DNA of 64,000 nucleotides from Octopus sinensis. Its lineage: Eukaryota. The notes beneath the pieces are model-generated. The model made no database searches. It had not been told where the DNA came from and was given only the letters and a program-made list of their open reading frames with translations. The stretch is taken from assembly GCF_006345805.1 (NCBI RefSeq), contig NC_042997.1, positions 129,084,001-129,148,000 on the forward strand, written 5' to 3'. Position numbers and translations under genes: made by a program. This document shows, piece by piece, positions 39,466 through 51,849 of this stretch (position 1 is the stretch's first letter; every line of letters starts with the position of its first letter).

Positions 39466-40417
39466 CCAAACCATAAGACAACATTACTACTAACTAAAGT
39501 AGCATATAATAGTTTTATAATAATAATTTCTTTTTCTCTAGTTTCAGCTCAGAGCTGTGGCCATGCTGATGCACCACCGTTTAATGATAATAATAACAAT
39601 AATAATCTTTTCTACAATTGGCATGAAAACTGAAACTTTGGAGGGTGGGGCTAGTCGATTACATCAACCATAGTGTGTAACTGGTACTTATTTCATTGAC
39701 CCTGAAAGGATGAAAGGTAGAGTCAACCTTGAGAGTATGTGAACTCAGAACATAAACATTTTGCCTGGCATGCTAATGATTCTGACAGCTTGCTGCCTTA
39801 ATAATAATAATGATAATAATAATAATAAGTAGCAGGACCCATGAATATTTCATGGAATTAATGGTAAATTTATTGGGTTATTTCTGAAAACTTTATCCAA
39901 AAAACCTGAAAGCATAGCTTGTGTTGTGTCTGTATCAAAAATAGTCACTCATATGCTAATCTTTGAAAAGTGAAGGAAATTGGAATACAATGATTACTTA
40001 ATGCACTTTATATATACACTTTACAGACTTTATACACAGTGCTCTTTATAGACCTTACACACTGTACACTCCCTTTTTCTCTCTTGTTCTTTGCCTTACC
40101 CTTTTTTACTTTCTCCCCTTCAATTTTTTTTACTTTTTCCTCTTATTTAAAAGTCATTCAAATAGCTCTTTTGTCTTAATAATGGTCAATTACATAGTAA
40201 TTTCCTTTTGTTTAACGGTCATTTTCATAGCATTTTTGGATTGCCTTGGTAACTGACAAGATGCCAGAGCAGATTTCCGCCCCCCAACATCCAAAACTTA
40301 GAGTTTTATTATGGCAACCGAATAATTGCCACATATTATATTACAGATAAATTCTTCTATTTACATAATATCGAGGTCTCTTTCATTCTTTTGTTGTCAT
40401 ACCATTACTATTAATAT

Positions 40418-41209
40418 GTATCATCATCATCATCATCATCATCATCATTTAGCGTCCGTTTTCCATGCTAGCATGGGTTGGACGGTTCTACTGGGGTCTG
40501 TGAAGCCAGAAGTCTTCATCAGGCCCAGTCAAATCTGGCAGTGTTTCTACGGCTGGATGCCCTTCCTAACGCCAACCACTCCGTGAGTGTAGTGGGTGCT
40601 TTTTACGTGCCACCCGCACTGGTGCCAGACAGAGCTGGCAAACGGCCACGAACGGATGGTGCTTTTTATGTGCCACCGGCACGAGGGCCAGGCGAGGCTG
40701 GCAACGGACACGAAACGGGGCGGTGCTGGCAACGGTCGCGAAACGGAAAGTTCTTTTACATGCCACCGGCACTGGTAACACATCTGCAATTTCCATTGAT
40801 CGATTTCGATTCTGATCCTCACTTGCCTCAATGGGTCTTCACAAGCAGAGTTTCGACATGCCACCGGCACTGGTAGCACATCCGCAATTTCCATTGATCG
40901 ATTTCGATTCTGATCCTCACTTGCCTCAACACGTCTTCACAAGTAGAGTTTTGTGTCCCAAGAAGGGAAGGTATGCATACGTAGGCTGGCTCCATCCCAT
41001 GTAGAAGGCCACGGGTTGTGGACTCACTTGTCCTGCCGGGTCTTCTCGCGCACAGCACACTTCCAGAGGTCTCGGTCTCTAGTCATTTCCTCAGTGAGAC
41101 CTAAAGTTCGAAGGTCGTGCTTCACCACCTCGTCCCAGGTTTTCCTGGGTCTGCCTCTTCCACAGGTTCCCTCAACCGCTAGGGTGTGGCACTTTTTCAC
41201 ACAACTATC

Positions 41210-41249
<40 letters not shown>

Positions 41250-41389
41250 CATTATCATCATCATCATCATTTAACATCCGCTTTCCATGCTAGCATGGGT
41301 TGGACTGTTCAACTGGGGTCTGGGAAGCCCGAAGGCTGCACCAGGCCAGTCAGATCTGGCAGTGTTTCTACAGCTGGATGCCCTTCCTA

Positions 41390-41393
<4 letters not shown>
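40418..41393 (-). mobile_element. Two RTE 3' fragments (40418-41215 and 41245-41393) cut by (TA)n
   Basis: (CAT)n tails, hairpin modules, GRGRPRKTWDEVVKHD on the minus strand; internal tandem duplication at about 40780-40930. Confidence 0.88.
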
Positions 41394-41435
<42 letters not shown>

Positions 41436-41440
<5 letters not shown>

Positions 41441-41803
41441 GCTATTATGCAAAAGTGTCTTAAGTCCAAAACGTTGCTTTTTCAGAAAACAAAAAAAATA
41501 GTTTTACCTTTCCATTTCTTAATACATTAGCAACAGTTTCATCTTAACATTAACACTTTGTTGGGTGCATAAAATTGTAACTCTATGCATGTATGATATT
41601 TACAGTCAGAAATATTTTGCAAAACTGTCATATGTAGGACTTACTACACTTTTGAAAAATGCTAAACTGCTGCACTATACTTTGACAATTTTCATATCTT
41701 GGCATCAGAAGCTTATGATAGTTTGACCAAAGCAAAATTAAATATTGGAAAGAACACATTTGGCCAAATTTCGATATACAACAGTTTAACATAATAGCAA
41801 CAA
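41436..41803. mobile_element. Possible MITE with short TIRs
   Basis: GTTGCTATTATG at 41438 and CATAATAGCAAC at 41790-41801, TA-flanked. Confidence 0.45.
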
Positions 41804-42860
41804 TATATTCTGCATTAAATGAAGAAATGGAGACAGTGAAAATTCTGTAAATAATAATAATAATCATAAGCTTTAAATATATAAGCATTCACCATGTATT
41901 GACTAAAGGCAATAGCCTAATATTGGGGCATATAAGCCCTCAACAGTAAAATGGAGGTATTAGTATAAACAGAATTTGAAAGTATATACATTTATATTCA
42001 TTTCTTCTTTTACTGGTTTCACTCACTGAACTACTGCCACACTGGAGCACTGCCTTGAAGGAGCTTAGTCGATTATAACAAGTACTTGGGAGAAAACAAC
42101 ATCGGTGCCAATTTAGAGATAATTATTTAAGCATCTCTAAGATATCTCATCATAGTATATTCCATTAGAGATAAATGCAAATAATAACTAATAGCTGCTC
42201 TTGTATATTTTCTTGATGCTCACTTTAGAAAAATTGTTCAAGCTCCAGATAATAACTCAGCAAATATTTGAGAAGAACAGATTTTTTAGTGAAATTGCTT
42301 AAGTCTACTAAAAGCATTTGACTAAGCCTATCATAAAAAAGTTAGTAGAAAACAATATTTATTAAGACAAAGCTACTTTTCAGTAACAAGATGAAAGTAG
42401 GAAATACATTAACAATTCAGTAATGGCAATTTATGTTCCAGTATTTATTGCATCATCGAAGACAAACTGAAATTCTTGTATGAGAAAATTATTTCTCATT
42501 GGGGAATATTACTTGTTTAAACTATTTCTTTTGTCTTTTCTTGCAAAAACTTTTATTCAGTAAATTCACTTGTTAATCTGAACACTATTAATACTATGTA
42601 ATTATGTTCTGGGTTTTTTTTTTTCTTTTTCAAGAGCTAAATGGAAACTATCAGGTATTTTGTTTCTTTAGACAAATGCGATTGAATGCCCATATAACTC
42701 CTACACATTAAACAAGGATGGAATTTCTTTACATCAAATTGCAAGTAGTTTTTATCATCAGTGATATAATCATTACATCAACTAATGGTATATTTTCTCT
42801 TTTTCAAATATCAGTTTAACAATCTTTACGTTTTTTTTTTACCATATTTCTTTTGAAATA

Positions 42861-44165
42861 TGAAGCCCATTCCAGAAGTTTTTCAGGAGAAATATTTATC
42901 AATTCCAAATAAGTACAAAACTCTAATCTCCTTCAAAGTAGAATCCTTTGACTTCAGTGCACTTGTTGTAGCATTCCAGCCACTTCATGAAGGCCCCATG
43001 AAAGTACTCCAAAACGAGAGTGTCTAGGAGCCTTGTTATAACTACCTTCATCTTAGAAACAACTGCCACTGAGGTTCCCCTTCAGCTTGAAGAACAATCA
43101 AAAGTCACATGGTGCAAGATTCGGACTGTAGGGAGAATGAAAGAGAGTTTTAATACCCATATCTATAGTTGGTTACCAGGCTGGAATTGTGGTCTGATGC
43201 AGATGCCTTCAACCTGAGTGGAAGAGCTCTGGTCTTTTGCAACAAAATCTCTTTCTGAACTCCCTCAAAGGCTCCGTAGAGACTTTTTGTTGACTATTTG
43301 GCTTGATGGAACCTAGAGGATGTAGATGATGCCCTTGCTGTCAAAAAAGGGGATCATCATTAACTTCTCAGTGGACTTGCTTTTCCTGACCTTATTTGGG
43401 TCTGAAGGAGCCAGGATATTTCCATTGGGCACTCTGTATCTTGCTCTCTGGATCATAACTGTAGATTCAGTTTTTGTCACAGGTCACCAGAGACTTAGGT
43501 GCTCTTGGACAGTGGGTAATGAGCTCAACCATTTCTTTGCTGTTACCAATGCATTTTTCCTTTTATTCATCACTGAGCAACCCAGGAGCAAATTTTGCAC
43601 AAACTTTGTGTATGTTTAGATCTTCATGAATAATTGTGTGTACAGTTGCCACACCAACTCCAAAATGTATGTTTATTGTCTTTATAGACACACTATGACT
43701 GTCATCCAGAAAACTGCAAATTTTCGCAACCAGCTATGATATTCTGGTGTCCTTCTCTCTCCCACACCTCTCATTGTCTCTCACCAGCTCACTACTATCA
43801 TTGAACCTCTTGTGCCAGCAAAAAACAGATACTCGACTTGTACAAGTTAATCCATAAGGAATCTGGGGCATTTCATAAATTTCTGAAGCATTTTTCCCTA
43901 TTTAGCACAAAACTTTACTGCATAGTAAGTTTGCAAATTGTCTTCATGTCCCAATTGCATTTTTCAAATTAGTCAGCTGTGGCAAGCCAGGTTTAGTAGA
44001 GTGTGTTCAAAGAGCTGTTACGGCTCTCCTTCATTCTGGAATTAAAAAAAAAAAGTTGGTAGGTCAGCTTATTAGATGTATAGTAATGATAGAATTATAA
44101 GAATCAAGGACAGTTAATACTGTCACTCATCAAAGAAAGCCTCAAAACTTCTGGAATGTACCTCA
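42861..44165 (-). mobile_element. Full-length degenerate mariner (about 1.3 kb)
   Basis: TA-flanked imperfect TIRs TGAAGCCCATTCCAGAAGTTTT / TGAGGTACATTCCAGAAGTTTT; remnants YDPESKIQSAQWK and YSPNLAPCDF. Confidence 0.8.
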
Positions 44166-44361
44166 TACATTAGCATTGTTTTTATTAATTTGGAAAATAA
44201 TAAATAATTTAGTTAAATATCATTGTCATTATTAAGCTGATATAAATTAACATGAAATTTTGGTGGAAAGTTTTAATTAGATCACTTTAATTTAGATCAC
44301 TCATTGGTTCAATTATAACAATAGCTGATTGGTTAATCACTCAGAATACCTTGAATATACT

Positions 44362-44574
44362 TTTCTATTCTGGACTGAAAGGCCTGAAATTTGGAGGGAG
44401 GAAGCCAGTCAATTAGATCAACCCCAGTATGCAACTGATACTTAATTTATCGACCCCAAAAGGATGAAAGGCAAAGTTGACCTCGGTGGAATTTGAACTC
44501 AGGACATAAAGACAGACAAAACACGGCTAAACATTTTGCCCAGCATGCTAACATTTCTGCCAGCTCACCACCTT
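44362..44574 (-). mobile_element. S2 SINE with 17-bp TSD
   Basis: TSD AATACCTTGAATATACT at 44345-61 and 44575-91. Confidence 0.9.
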
Positions 44575-44718
44575 AATACCTTGAATATACTGAAATCTCA
44601 CAGCTAGTGAGTTGTAGTTTTTTTTTTTACTTCTAAAATGGTCAGTCATTTTGAAGTGAGCCACATCTGGATGTCAAATATGGAATTTGATTTTGCAATG
44701 AGAAACAGCTGCCTTTAC

Positions 44719-44834
44719 AAAAAAATCCCATTGTAGTCCTGAACTATATGTTTCTTCAATGTCTTCCAAGCAAGAAAACAGATCCTGCTCATCATCATCC
44801 TCTCCTTCATTGTCTTTTTCTCTTCCTTGTTTTG
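44719..44834 (-). CDS. Candidate acidic exon on the minus strand (uncertain)
   Basis: ctgtag|CA KQGREKDNEGEDDDEQDLFSCLEDIEETYSSGLQWDFF|gtaaag; could instead be a plus-strand polypyrimidine tract. Confidence 0.2.
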
Positions 44835-45689
44835 CTACAGATCAACCCTTTATTAAGCAGACATTGTATTATTTCTATTTTTTTAAATGGTATGATATAA
44901 TTTAAGAGAAACATGACCACTATTTCTAGCAACTCAGTAAATCTCATAAATGTTATCTCATTGATTCATGAAACATTATCATGCACCTACACAAATCTTA
45001 AATTCATGACCAATGGCTTGAATTACCCTCTCAGATTTCAAAGAAGCACCAGGATATTCTACCTTGACATGCAATATGTTCTGCGTTGTACCCAAATTTC
45101 TATTAACAAGCTCTCATAATCATCATCATTTAATGTTCTTTTTTCATGCTGGCATGGGTTGGGCAATTTGAAAGGAGCTTGTAAACCCCAGTTATCTGTT
45201 TTGGCATGGTTTCTACAGTTGGATGTCCTTCATAATGCCAGTGGACTTGGAATAGCACTGGATTAGTAGTCTCCAGTGGATCTTGTATATTTGGCATTCA
45301 ATTTACAAATATTTAATAAGTACCAAAGGCCAAATTAAATTGGAATTCTCATAAAACAGATGCAATGAAAATGTGTGGTTGCAATTATGTATTAGCTAAT
45401 GATATGTATGTACCCCGATACACAGACAAATGGATAGCTATGTGTCTACGTATGTATGCATGTGGGTGTATGTGTATGAGTGTTGGGGTATCCACTTGCT
45501 GCTTCCACCACTTTGTGATTATTATCATAATCAAAAACTATATTTATCATCTACTTTATACTCTTATCTGTTATATCAATACCATTCACTTCATCTCTTT
45601 TGCTATCATCTATGAAACCACTTGCCTACCATTACTGACATTCAAGGAATCTTGGATTGTTATCAACAATTATTGATTTCATTTTTTAG

Positions 45690-45812
45690 ATTAGAGGAAG
45701 GGTCAGCTTCCATGGCCTTTCCAGGCCCTCTGAGACCAGTGAAATCAACACTGTTAATATTTACAGGAATAGAATTCCAGGAATGCTCGACAAAAACAAT
45801 ATTAGTGACCAG
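45690..45812 (+). pseudogene. Exon b, copy A (15-nt in-frame deletion and 3 nonsynonymous changes versus copy B)
   Basis: ttttttag|IRGRVSFHGLSRPSETSEINTVNIYRNRIPGMLDKNNISDQ|gttagt; 123 nt. Confidence 0.55.
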
Positions 45813-46299
45813 GTTAGTGCAAAGCCCAGGTGTTAAACACAATATTGGTAATGAGAGAAGGAGGGACAAGTGAATCAGGAGTGTCTGTGTGGAGGTAACA
45901 TGAGATCAGCCAACTCAGAAGTAAAGAAATATTATGGTTGAAAAAGCAGGATTTGAACTCAGTGTATGAAGACTACAACTAAATGCAGCAAGCATTACTG
46001 ATTCTACCAATGTATTGTGTTTGATTGGGTGACCTAAATATCAAATTGCTGCAATCCTTAACTCCAATAGCATTGACTGTAACTGATTTTTGTTGTATTT
46101 TTAAGTGGTTTATTGCTCTTTGGTGCACAGATTTTACACACTTCACTGAACCAAATGCATGAGTTTCCATTTAATAATCTGAAGAAACCTGTTAGTCAAG
46201 TCATATTAAGAATACTTTTGTTCTGTCAAAAGAATGTGGTAAATGAGATGAAAAATTCAAAAGTTTAATGAAAGTACAGCTCACAAAATAAGATTTTGT

Positions 46300-46740
46300 G
46301 AGGGTGGATTATATTCTCCAAGTGTTTGAGATCTTGTTCTTTGCCTGATCTGCTTCAATGTTGTAGCAATAAGTGGGCCACTTGAGAGATTTGTGACTTA
46401 CAGTTATGTGTGGGATGGCAAAGAAGATATTAGCCATCTGGCTAGCTGTTTCTGATCGATAGAGAGTAAAACACATGCATTGCCAAAAATAATTAGCATA
46501 GAGCCGATGGAGCTCTGCATAGTCAATTAACTTGAAATACCATAGTGTGTGAGAGTTGGGAGAAGTTGCGTAGTTATGTTGTTGGTCTTCTTGAGACTCT
46601 ACTATCTAGTCATTGGCTGTAGCCATAGCTCCTCCACCCACCTAGTTGTGCAGTATCAATACCCTTACATGCTTTAGCTTGCCTGCCAAGATAGGGCACT
46701 TGGAGTCAGCACATGAAAGCTGTAGGAGGCAACTCATACC
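46300..46740 (-). mobile_element. Degenerate CR1/Jockey-like LINE RT C-terminal fragment (copies at 52730-53170 and, inverted, 59486-59673)
   Basis: Frameshifted remnants resembling LEYCSHIWGG and LPTLSH. Confidence 0.45.
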
Positions 46741-46966
46741 TTGCCTTAAACTCAATTGGACAATCTGAAAGGTATAGAGATGGTGATGGTTTGGTAGACA
46801 TCATTTTTGGCAGTAAAGAAAGAGATCAAGAGTGTTTGAAATGTCTGTGTGTTCATCAGATATGTATATATGGGATGAAACTAAGAGTTGTAAAAACTAG
46901 AGTAAGTATGTGAGCCAAAAAAAAACTGTGAACCTTAATGTCACCTTGTACTATGATTTTAGACAG

Positions 46967-47338
46967 AGCCCAATAGACCTCAATTCAGGAAAAGATATGA
47001 TCAAAGATTTGTTCTCATTGGGAAGTGTTCAAAATGAAGTGGAGGAAGCAGATATATTGGGTTGGTGCATAATTATTGCAGCTTTTTTCAACAAATTTTA
47101 TTCAACAAAAGCAATAACAGCATGTAACAAAAACATCTTTAAATGATTATTCCGGAGTATATTCACCATCTACTTCAATTACCGCTTCCCATTTGCTTGG
47201 CAAATGATCAGACCATCATTTAAAGATGTTTTTGTTAAATATTGTTATCGTTTTATGTTGAATAAAATTTGCTGAAAAAAAGCCACAATAATTATGCACC
47301 AACCCAATATTTACAAGAGAGTGGGAGGATATATTTTG
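46967..47338 (+). pseudogene. Exon c, copy A, interrupted by a mariner MITE
   Basis: ttttagacag|SPIDLNSGKDMIKDLFSLGSVQNEVEEADI [MITE] FTREWEDIF TG|gtaaga; the frame is continuous once the MITE and one TA are removed. Confidence 0.6.
47057..47307 (-). mobile_element. Mariner-derived MITE, copy A
   Basis: TA|TTGGGTTGGTGCATAATTATTG..CAATAATTATGCACCAACCCAA|TA; about 90-bp arms; centre encodes LPSKWEAVIEVDGEYTPE* (mariner C-terminus). Confidence 0.9.
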
Positions 47339-47382
47339 GTAAGAAAGATGAATAGGGTGGGAGAGTGGAATTAATATATATA

Positions 47383-47620
47383 CCGGTGTCATGCAAATTG
47401 GCACCGTGCTGGTGGCACGTAAATGTACCCCAGTGTCATGCAAATGGCACCTGTGCTGGTGGTACATATAAGCATTCATTACACTCTCAGAGTGGTTGGC
47501 ATTAGGAAAGGCATTCAGCCATAGAAAACCATGCCAAATCAGACTGGAGTCTGTGCAGCCTTCCAGCTTACCAGCCAACCCATGCCAGCATGGACAACAG
47601 ACGTTAAATGATGATGATGA
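47383..47620 (+). mobile_element. RTE 3' tail present in copy A only
   Basis: Hairpin modules, GGTTGGCATTAGGAAAGGCA, AAATGATGATGAT. Confidence 0.7.
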
Positions 47621-48375
47621 CAATGACGACAGATACCAGCTTTCACCTTTAAGATTTCAGTATAGTGTGTAACCTGGACAGCAGGAATGGAATGTTAATA
47701 AGGGCTGAAAGAGTTGTATCCTGGAGAGGAATGGGTTATCTACTTTGTATTAGTAGATGTAATAACAGCTGGCAGTTAGGTTGGGTGACAGTCTACAGAC
47801 CTGCTAGAAATAACAGCTAAATCTTCTTAAATCATATTATATCATCTTAAAAAGAAGGACACTTTCAGTAACAAAAATCTTGCTATTTTATTTATGAAAA
47901 TGAAAAGAGTGATCATGTCATTCATACCTTTGATCATCGGTCTCATCAATCAACAACAACACATATACACACTGTATCTATCTGAACAGTCATGTATACA
48001 CTATACTGCATCAATCCATCCAGTCATCTACACACTGCCTGTCAATCAGATCAGTCAACGTACCACAATCCAATAAAAAAGACTCTATACAGTCACTTGA
48101 TCTGTTAAAACTAGCAGTCAAATCTTCCTACTGAAGGAAGATATTAGACTATGTAACTTTAGACCTACAAAAGACAAGATAATCATGGCTGTTGTGTCTT
48201 TTTGCTTATAGACCTGCTTGATCAGGATTTACCTGTGGTTAAACAAAATCCTTGTCATAATTTGTGTTTATCTTCCTTGTTAAAAATCTATTTACCCAGT
48301 CAAGATTTTCATGTGGTGTCTATATATCTAAACAATATATACACATACAATACTTATGTAACCAACCAACACCTA

Positions 48376-48583
48376 TGAAGGTGTGCTGAAAAGTTCCTGG
48401 CTTTAAGGGTATCGCTAAAAGTCTAGTTGGGGGCCCAACCTACCAAGTTCGCTTAGAAAAACTGAAGGACCATTGTAATAATTGTGTGAAACCTAGAGGA
48501 AAATATGTTGAATACATTCATAATGAACAGATCCCCCTGTATTTTCTTTTACCCTAAACGAGGAGCTTTTCAGAACTCCCTCA
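48376..48583 (+). mobile_element. Mariner-derived MITE
   Basis: TA|TGAAGGTGTGCTGAAAAGTTCC..GGAGCTTTTCAGAACTCCCTCA|TA; internal KLKDHCNNCVKPRGKYVE*. Confidence 0.75.
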
Positions 48584-48927
48584 TATATACTGTGTTTATC
48601 TTCCTAGTCAACATCTGCATTCTGTATCTTTTAATTTAGAAATGGCACATTTGTGAGATAGTAGTTGTAGGGAACTATTGAATTAATATCCTCTAATCAA
48701 TTGGGTGGTCATTTTTGTGAAGGAAGGGAAGTAGCAACACTATCTTAGATATTTGAGCAATACTCTGATGTATGTTATTGCTGATCAGAAGTGAAGTATT
48801 TTCTGACCCTAAAGAGTAATCCTATTTTTAACAACACAGTTTTGGTAAAGTAAGGTGAGATCACCTTGAAAAATCATCAGGGACTGTAATGCATTGTTTT
48901 GAAAGTTTTAGATGTGTATCATCTGTA

Positions 48928-49342
48928 TACTCTTTACTCTTTTACTTGTTTCAGTCATTTGACTGTGGCCATGCTGGAGCACTGCCTATAGTCGAGCAAA
49001 TCGACTCAGGACTTATTCTTTGTAAGTCTAGTACTTATTCTATTGGTCTTTTTTTTTTGCCGAACCACTAAGTTATAGGGATGTAAACACACAAGCATCG
49101 GTTGTCAAGCAATTTAGCGGGTGACAAACACAGACACACAAACATATACACACACATACACATATATATATACATATATACGACAGGCGACTTTCAGTTT
49201 CCGTCTACCAAATCCATCACAAGGCTTTGGTTGGCCCGAGGCTATAGCAGAAAACACTTGCCGGAGGTGCCAAGCAGTGGGACTGAACTCAGAACCGTGT
49301 GGATGGTAAGCAAGCTACTTACCACACAGCCACTCCTACGCC
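48928..49342 (-). mobile_element. S1 SINE
   Basis: Collinear with other S1 copies; CTGTAT on both flanks. Confidence 0.85.
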
Positions 49343-49916
49343 TGTATGTTGCAAAATTGTGGTGTTGCTCCAGCTTGGCTGTGTGGTTAAGAAGCTCACT
49401 TCAAAATCATATTGTTTTGGGTTCAGTCTTTGGGAAAGTGCCATCTACTATAGCCCTAGGTCAACCAGTTTCTTGTGAGTGCATTTGGTAGACGGAAACT
49501 GTATGGAAGCCTGTCATATGTTCGTGTGTGTGTGTGTCTTTGCTTCTGTTTTGTCTCCCTACACCACTTGACAACTGATGTCAGTTTGTTTCAATCCCCA
49601 TAGCTGGGTCATTTGGCAAAGAGACTGGTAGAATAAGTAAATAAACAGACAGGCAGTCAGGTAAACAAACAGATAGATGTGTGTGATGAGGATAATAATC
49701 AAGAAGAGGTGGAAGCTACAAGCAGATAATTGGTGCTTCCACCACTTCATGGTTATTATCGTCATCAAAAACTGCATTCTTTATTTACCTTATCTGTTAC
49801 ATCAATCCCACCCTTCACTTCATCTCTTGCTACCATCTATGAAACCACTTGCCTACCATTACTGACATTCAAGGAATCTTGGATTGTTATCAACAATTAT
49901 TGATTTCATTTTTTAG

Positions 49917-50054
49917 ATTGGAGAAAGGGTCAGCTTCTATGGCCTTTCCAGGCCCTCTGAGACCAGTGAAATCAACACTGTTAATATTTGCTGGAATGAC
50001 ATGTACAGGAATAGAATTCCAGGAATGCTCGACAAAAACAATATTAGTGACCAG
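49917..50054 (+). CDS. Exon b, copy B (138 nt, phase 0-0), protein unidentified; probably part of a pseudogenised fragment
   Basis: ttttttag|IGERVSFYGLSRPSETSEINTVNICWNDMYRNRIPGMLDKNNISDQ|gttagt. Confidence 0.55.
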
Positions 50055-50465
50055 GTTAGTGCAAGGCCCAGGTGTTAAACACAATATGGGTAATGAGAGG
50101 AGGGACAAGTGAATCAAGAGTGTCTGTGTGGAGGTAACATGAGATAAGCCAACTCAGAAGTAAAGAAATATTATGGTTGAAAAAGCAGGATTTGAACTCA
50201 GTGTATGAAGACTACAACTAAATGCAGCAAGCATTGCTGTACAATGCACTACTAATTCTACCAATGTATTGTGTGTTTCACTGATTGGGTGAGCTAAATA
50301 TCAAATTGCTGCTATCCTTGTCTGCAGCAGCATTGACTATAACTGTTTTTTGTTGCTTTTTGTGGTTATTTATTGCTCTTTGCTGCACTGATTTTGCGCA
50401 CTTCACTGAACCAAATGCATGAGTTTCCATTTAACAATCTCGAGAAACCTGTTAGCCAAGTCATT

Positions 50466-50683
50466 GGTTGCAAATTTTCGCACAAGGCCAGTAAGTTGGT
50501 GGGAGGTGGGAAAGTTGATTACACTGAGCCCAGCATTCAACTGGTACTTGTTTCATCAACCTTGAAAGAATGAAAAGCAAAGTCAATCTCAGTGGAATTT
50601 GAACTCAGAATGTAAAGACAGAGAAAATACCACTAAGCATTTTGCTCAGTGTGCTAACAATTCTGCCAGATCACTGCCCTAAA
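50466..50683 (-). mobile_element. S2 SINE specific to copy B, 10-bp TSD
   Basis: TSD CCAAGTCATT at 50456-65 and 50684-93; absent from copy A. Confidence 0.85.
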
Positions 50684-50836
50684 CCAAGTCATTAAGAATA
50701 CTTTTGTTCTGCCAAAAAAGAATGTGCTGAGTCAGATGCAAAAATGAAAAGACTGATGAACGGAAAGCATACAGAATAAGAGGAGTATGAAAAAGACAGT
50801 TTTAAATTCATACACCCAGCAGAAATATCATACTCA

Positions 50837-51224
50837 ATTTAAGGTGGCAAGCTGGCAGAAACGTTAGCACACCAGGCGAAATGCTTAGCGGTATTTCATC
50901 AGCAGTTATGTTCTCAGTTTAAATACCACCAAGATCAACTTTGCCTTTCATCCTTTCGGGGTCGATTAAATAAGTACCAGTTACGCACTGGGGTCGATAT
51001 AATTGACTTAATCCGTTTGTCTGTCCTTCTTTGTCCTCTCTGTGTTTAGCCCCTTGTGGGTTGTAAAGAAATAGGTATTTTATCAGCAGTTACGTTCTGA
51101 GTTCAAATTCCACCGAGGTCAACTTTGCCTTTCATCCTTTCGGGGTTGATAAATTAAGTACCAGTTATGCACTGTCCTTGTTTGTTCCCTCTATGTTTAG
51201 CCTCTTGTGGGCAATAAAGAAATA
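50837..51224 (+). mobile_element. S2 SINE (internally duplicated) with 16-bp TSD
   Basis: TSD AGAAATATCATACTCA at 50821-36 and 51225-40. Confidence 0.9.
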
Positions 51225-51244
51225 AGAAATATCATACTCACACA

Positions 51245-51438
51245 TAGTCATGCCGGTGGCACATAAAAGCACCCACTACACTCTCAGAGTGGTTGGTGTT
51301 AGGAAGGGCATCCAGCTGTAGAAACAATGCCAAATCAGATTGGAGTCTGGTGCAGCCATCTGGTTCACCAGACCTCAGTCAAATTGTCCAACCCATGCTA
51401 GCATGGAAAGCAGATGTTAAACGATGATGATGATGATG
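51245..51438 (+). mobile_element. RTE 3' tail
   Basis: GCCGGTGGCACATAAAAG..GTTAGGAAGGGCATCCAGC..AAACGATGATGATG. Confidence 0.85.
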
Positions 51439-51849
51439 AATTGTAGTAAATCTTATGTTATATAAAAATTATCACAAAATTATGGAATAAATAACCTCTT
51501 GAAATTTAAGGTTAGGATTCATTATAATTTCATTGGAAATGCTTCCTCTCCAAATGCATATAAATCAGAACACTACAATAAAGATGTTTCAATAAGAATC
51601 ATCTCTGTTATTTTATCTCAAAGCTGTGGAAATAATCCCAGCAATATGTACTCTAAAATATATCTAAACACTTCTATAGAACATTTATCAGACCTTCAAT
51701 CAACAACTGCCATATAAATATTGACTTTTCTCTTGAAATGGCACCAAACTCGATAAAGGTGGGAGTGAAACAGTTTAGATGACCTGAAATATCTAGGCTA
51801 GAGTTTTGAAAAGAAGTAACAGGAATAGGGTTGGAATACAACAATGGTC

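Larger units (their letters stand above)
45500..48330 (+). repeat. Segmental duplication, copy A
   Basis: Collinear blocks with 49730-54495 (GCTTCCACCACTT.. through ..GGTGTCTATATATCT). Confidence 0.92.

Noticed and set aside
42632-42654. Possible 20-nt microexon after a poly-T tract; similar candidates near 11540, 23950 and 27993
   Set aside because: AG/GT pairs this short arise by chance in AT-rich DNA; no independent support.
46910-47146. ORF ..RQSPIDL..ILGWCIIIAAFFNK as a carbonic anhydrase (QSPID) or membrane protein
   Set aside because: The hydrophobic tail is read-through into the MITE TIR; no other carbonic anhydrase motif is present.
49890-50117. Minus-strand ORF (and 45663-45869) loosely resembling Cys-loop receptor M1-M2 (..IPANINSV)
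   Set aside because: It is the in-frame antisense of exon b, the would-be TM segment is polar (EHSWNS), and splice signals are on the plus strand.
50752-50770. Other CTGATGA occurrences (e.g. 3535, 12445, 50753) as hammerheads
   Set aside because: No stem II closed by GAAA with a matching stem III/NUH.
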